From Chiloscyllium plagiosum (lineage: Eukaryota), in NCBI RefSeq assembly GCF_004010195.1, contig NC_057712.1:78478529-78542528 (forward strand): a stretch of DNA of 64,000 nt, read 5' to 3'. A model generated the notes under the pieces. That model ran no database searches. It was not told the origin of the DNA and worked only from the letters and a program-made list of their open reading frames with translations. Position 1 is the first letter of the stretch. Each line of letters starts with the position of its first letter. Below are positions 62,904-64,000 of this stretch, one piece after another. The position numbers and the translations under genes are program-made.

Positions 62904-64000
62904 TATAACAGCGTCAGTAGGTGTGACCACCGCACACTTTTTGTGGGGTTGATGTTTTGTCTTCAGACATCCTTCATCGTGCTGTGTGGCTGCACCAACT
63001 GGGATAGATTTTGAACAGACCTAGCAACTCAAGAATGGACATCTATAAGACACTGTGGGCCATCAGCAGAAGCAAATTTGGATTCCGAAAATACAATAAT
63101 TGAATCCCTCACTGTCAGCATTCTTGGTGTTACTATCGACCATGACTTGAACTCGCCATACAAATACAGTGGCTGTAAGAGCAGGTCATGGGCTTGGAAT
63201 CAGACAGTCCACCACTTATTAGATCCAAGTCAGGAAAGTGATCAAGTACTTTTAACTTGCTTGGATGAATGCAGCTCCAGCAATATTCAAGACATTTGAC
63301 ACTACCCAGTAGCTAGATTGATTGCTACCACATTCACTCCACCCACCACTAATGTTCAGTAGAGACAGTATATATGATTTACAAAATTCACTTTGAAATT
63401 CATCAAGGCTCATTAGACAGCACCTTTTAAACCCGCAACCACTAGCCTCCTAGCCAACTATCGTGATTTGGAACTGTACTGTTGTTCCTTCAGTTTCACT
63501 GTCTCCAAGTCAAAATCTTGGAATTCCCTCCCAAACAATATTGAAGTGTACCTGCACCAAAAGGACTGCAGTGATTCAGTCACCTCACCACCACCTTCTC
63601 AATGGCAACCAGAGATGGGCAGTAAATGCTGGCTAAGCCAGCGACACACATGCCCCCTAAATGAAAGAAAATTGTCATGGCCTGTACTTAGTAACATCGC
63701 AAAAAAATTATACTGACAAGTTAATCTGTTAGTGGAAGTTTGTTGTGCAAATTTAACAGTGAATATATTTTAAAAGCAGATCACTGACTGTAGAGCATTT
63801 CAGAATGCCAGAGATTCATGAAACACACAATGCAAGTTTTTTTGGACATTTGCAAAATCAGGCCTATTTCTCTTTCTTAGATGTGATCAGGGCATTGCCA
63901 GCAAGCCCTGCATTTATTCCCCATCCCAAATTTCTCAGAAAGCAGTTCAGATTGATCTCCACTGCTGAGCATAGGGAATCTCATGTCTGTCAGACCAGGT

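Overview
Repeat-rich vertebrate genomic DNA, almost certainly an elasmobranch (HE1-type SINEs, CR1 LINEs, Penelope-like elements), with two assembly gaps. The only host gene I can support is a minus-strand type X collagen (col10a1-like paralog). It has a signal-peptide exon (19912-20026), a 72-nt phase-1/1 internal exon (13258-13329) and a large collagen+C1q exon (7344-9178), which splice into an intact 668-aa ORF. A Runx+TATA promoter candidate lies at ~21.13 kb and a polyA signal at ~6.36 kb. The internal exon is not part of the 3-exon mammalian COL10A1 structure. It encodes an acidic SDGDSDSSEE (Fam20C-type) motif, followed in the next exon by an RxxR site just before the triple helix. The second theme is about a dozen minimal hammerhead-ribozyme motifs (CUGANGA-stem II-GAAA-NUH), intact or decayed, carried by several Penelope-derived and often palindromic, TSD-flanked elements. 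The rest is nested LINE, SINE and MITE sequence plus a 24-bp CpG-rich minisatellite. Repeat boundaries are approximate and were read by eye. Comparisons to human COL10A1 are from memory.
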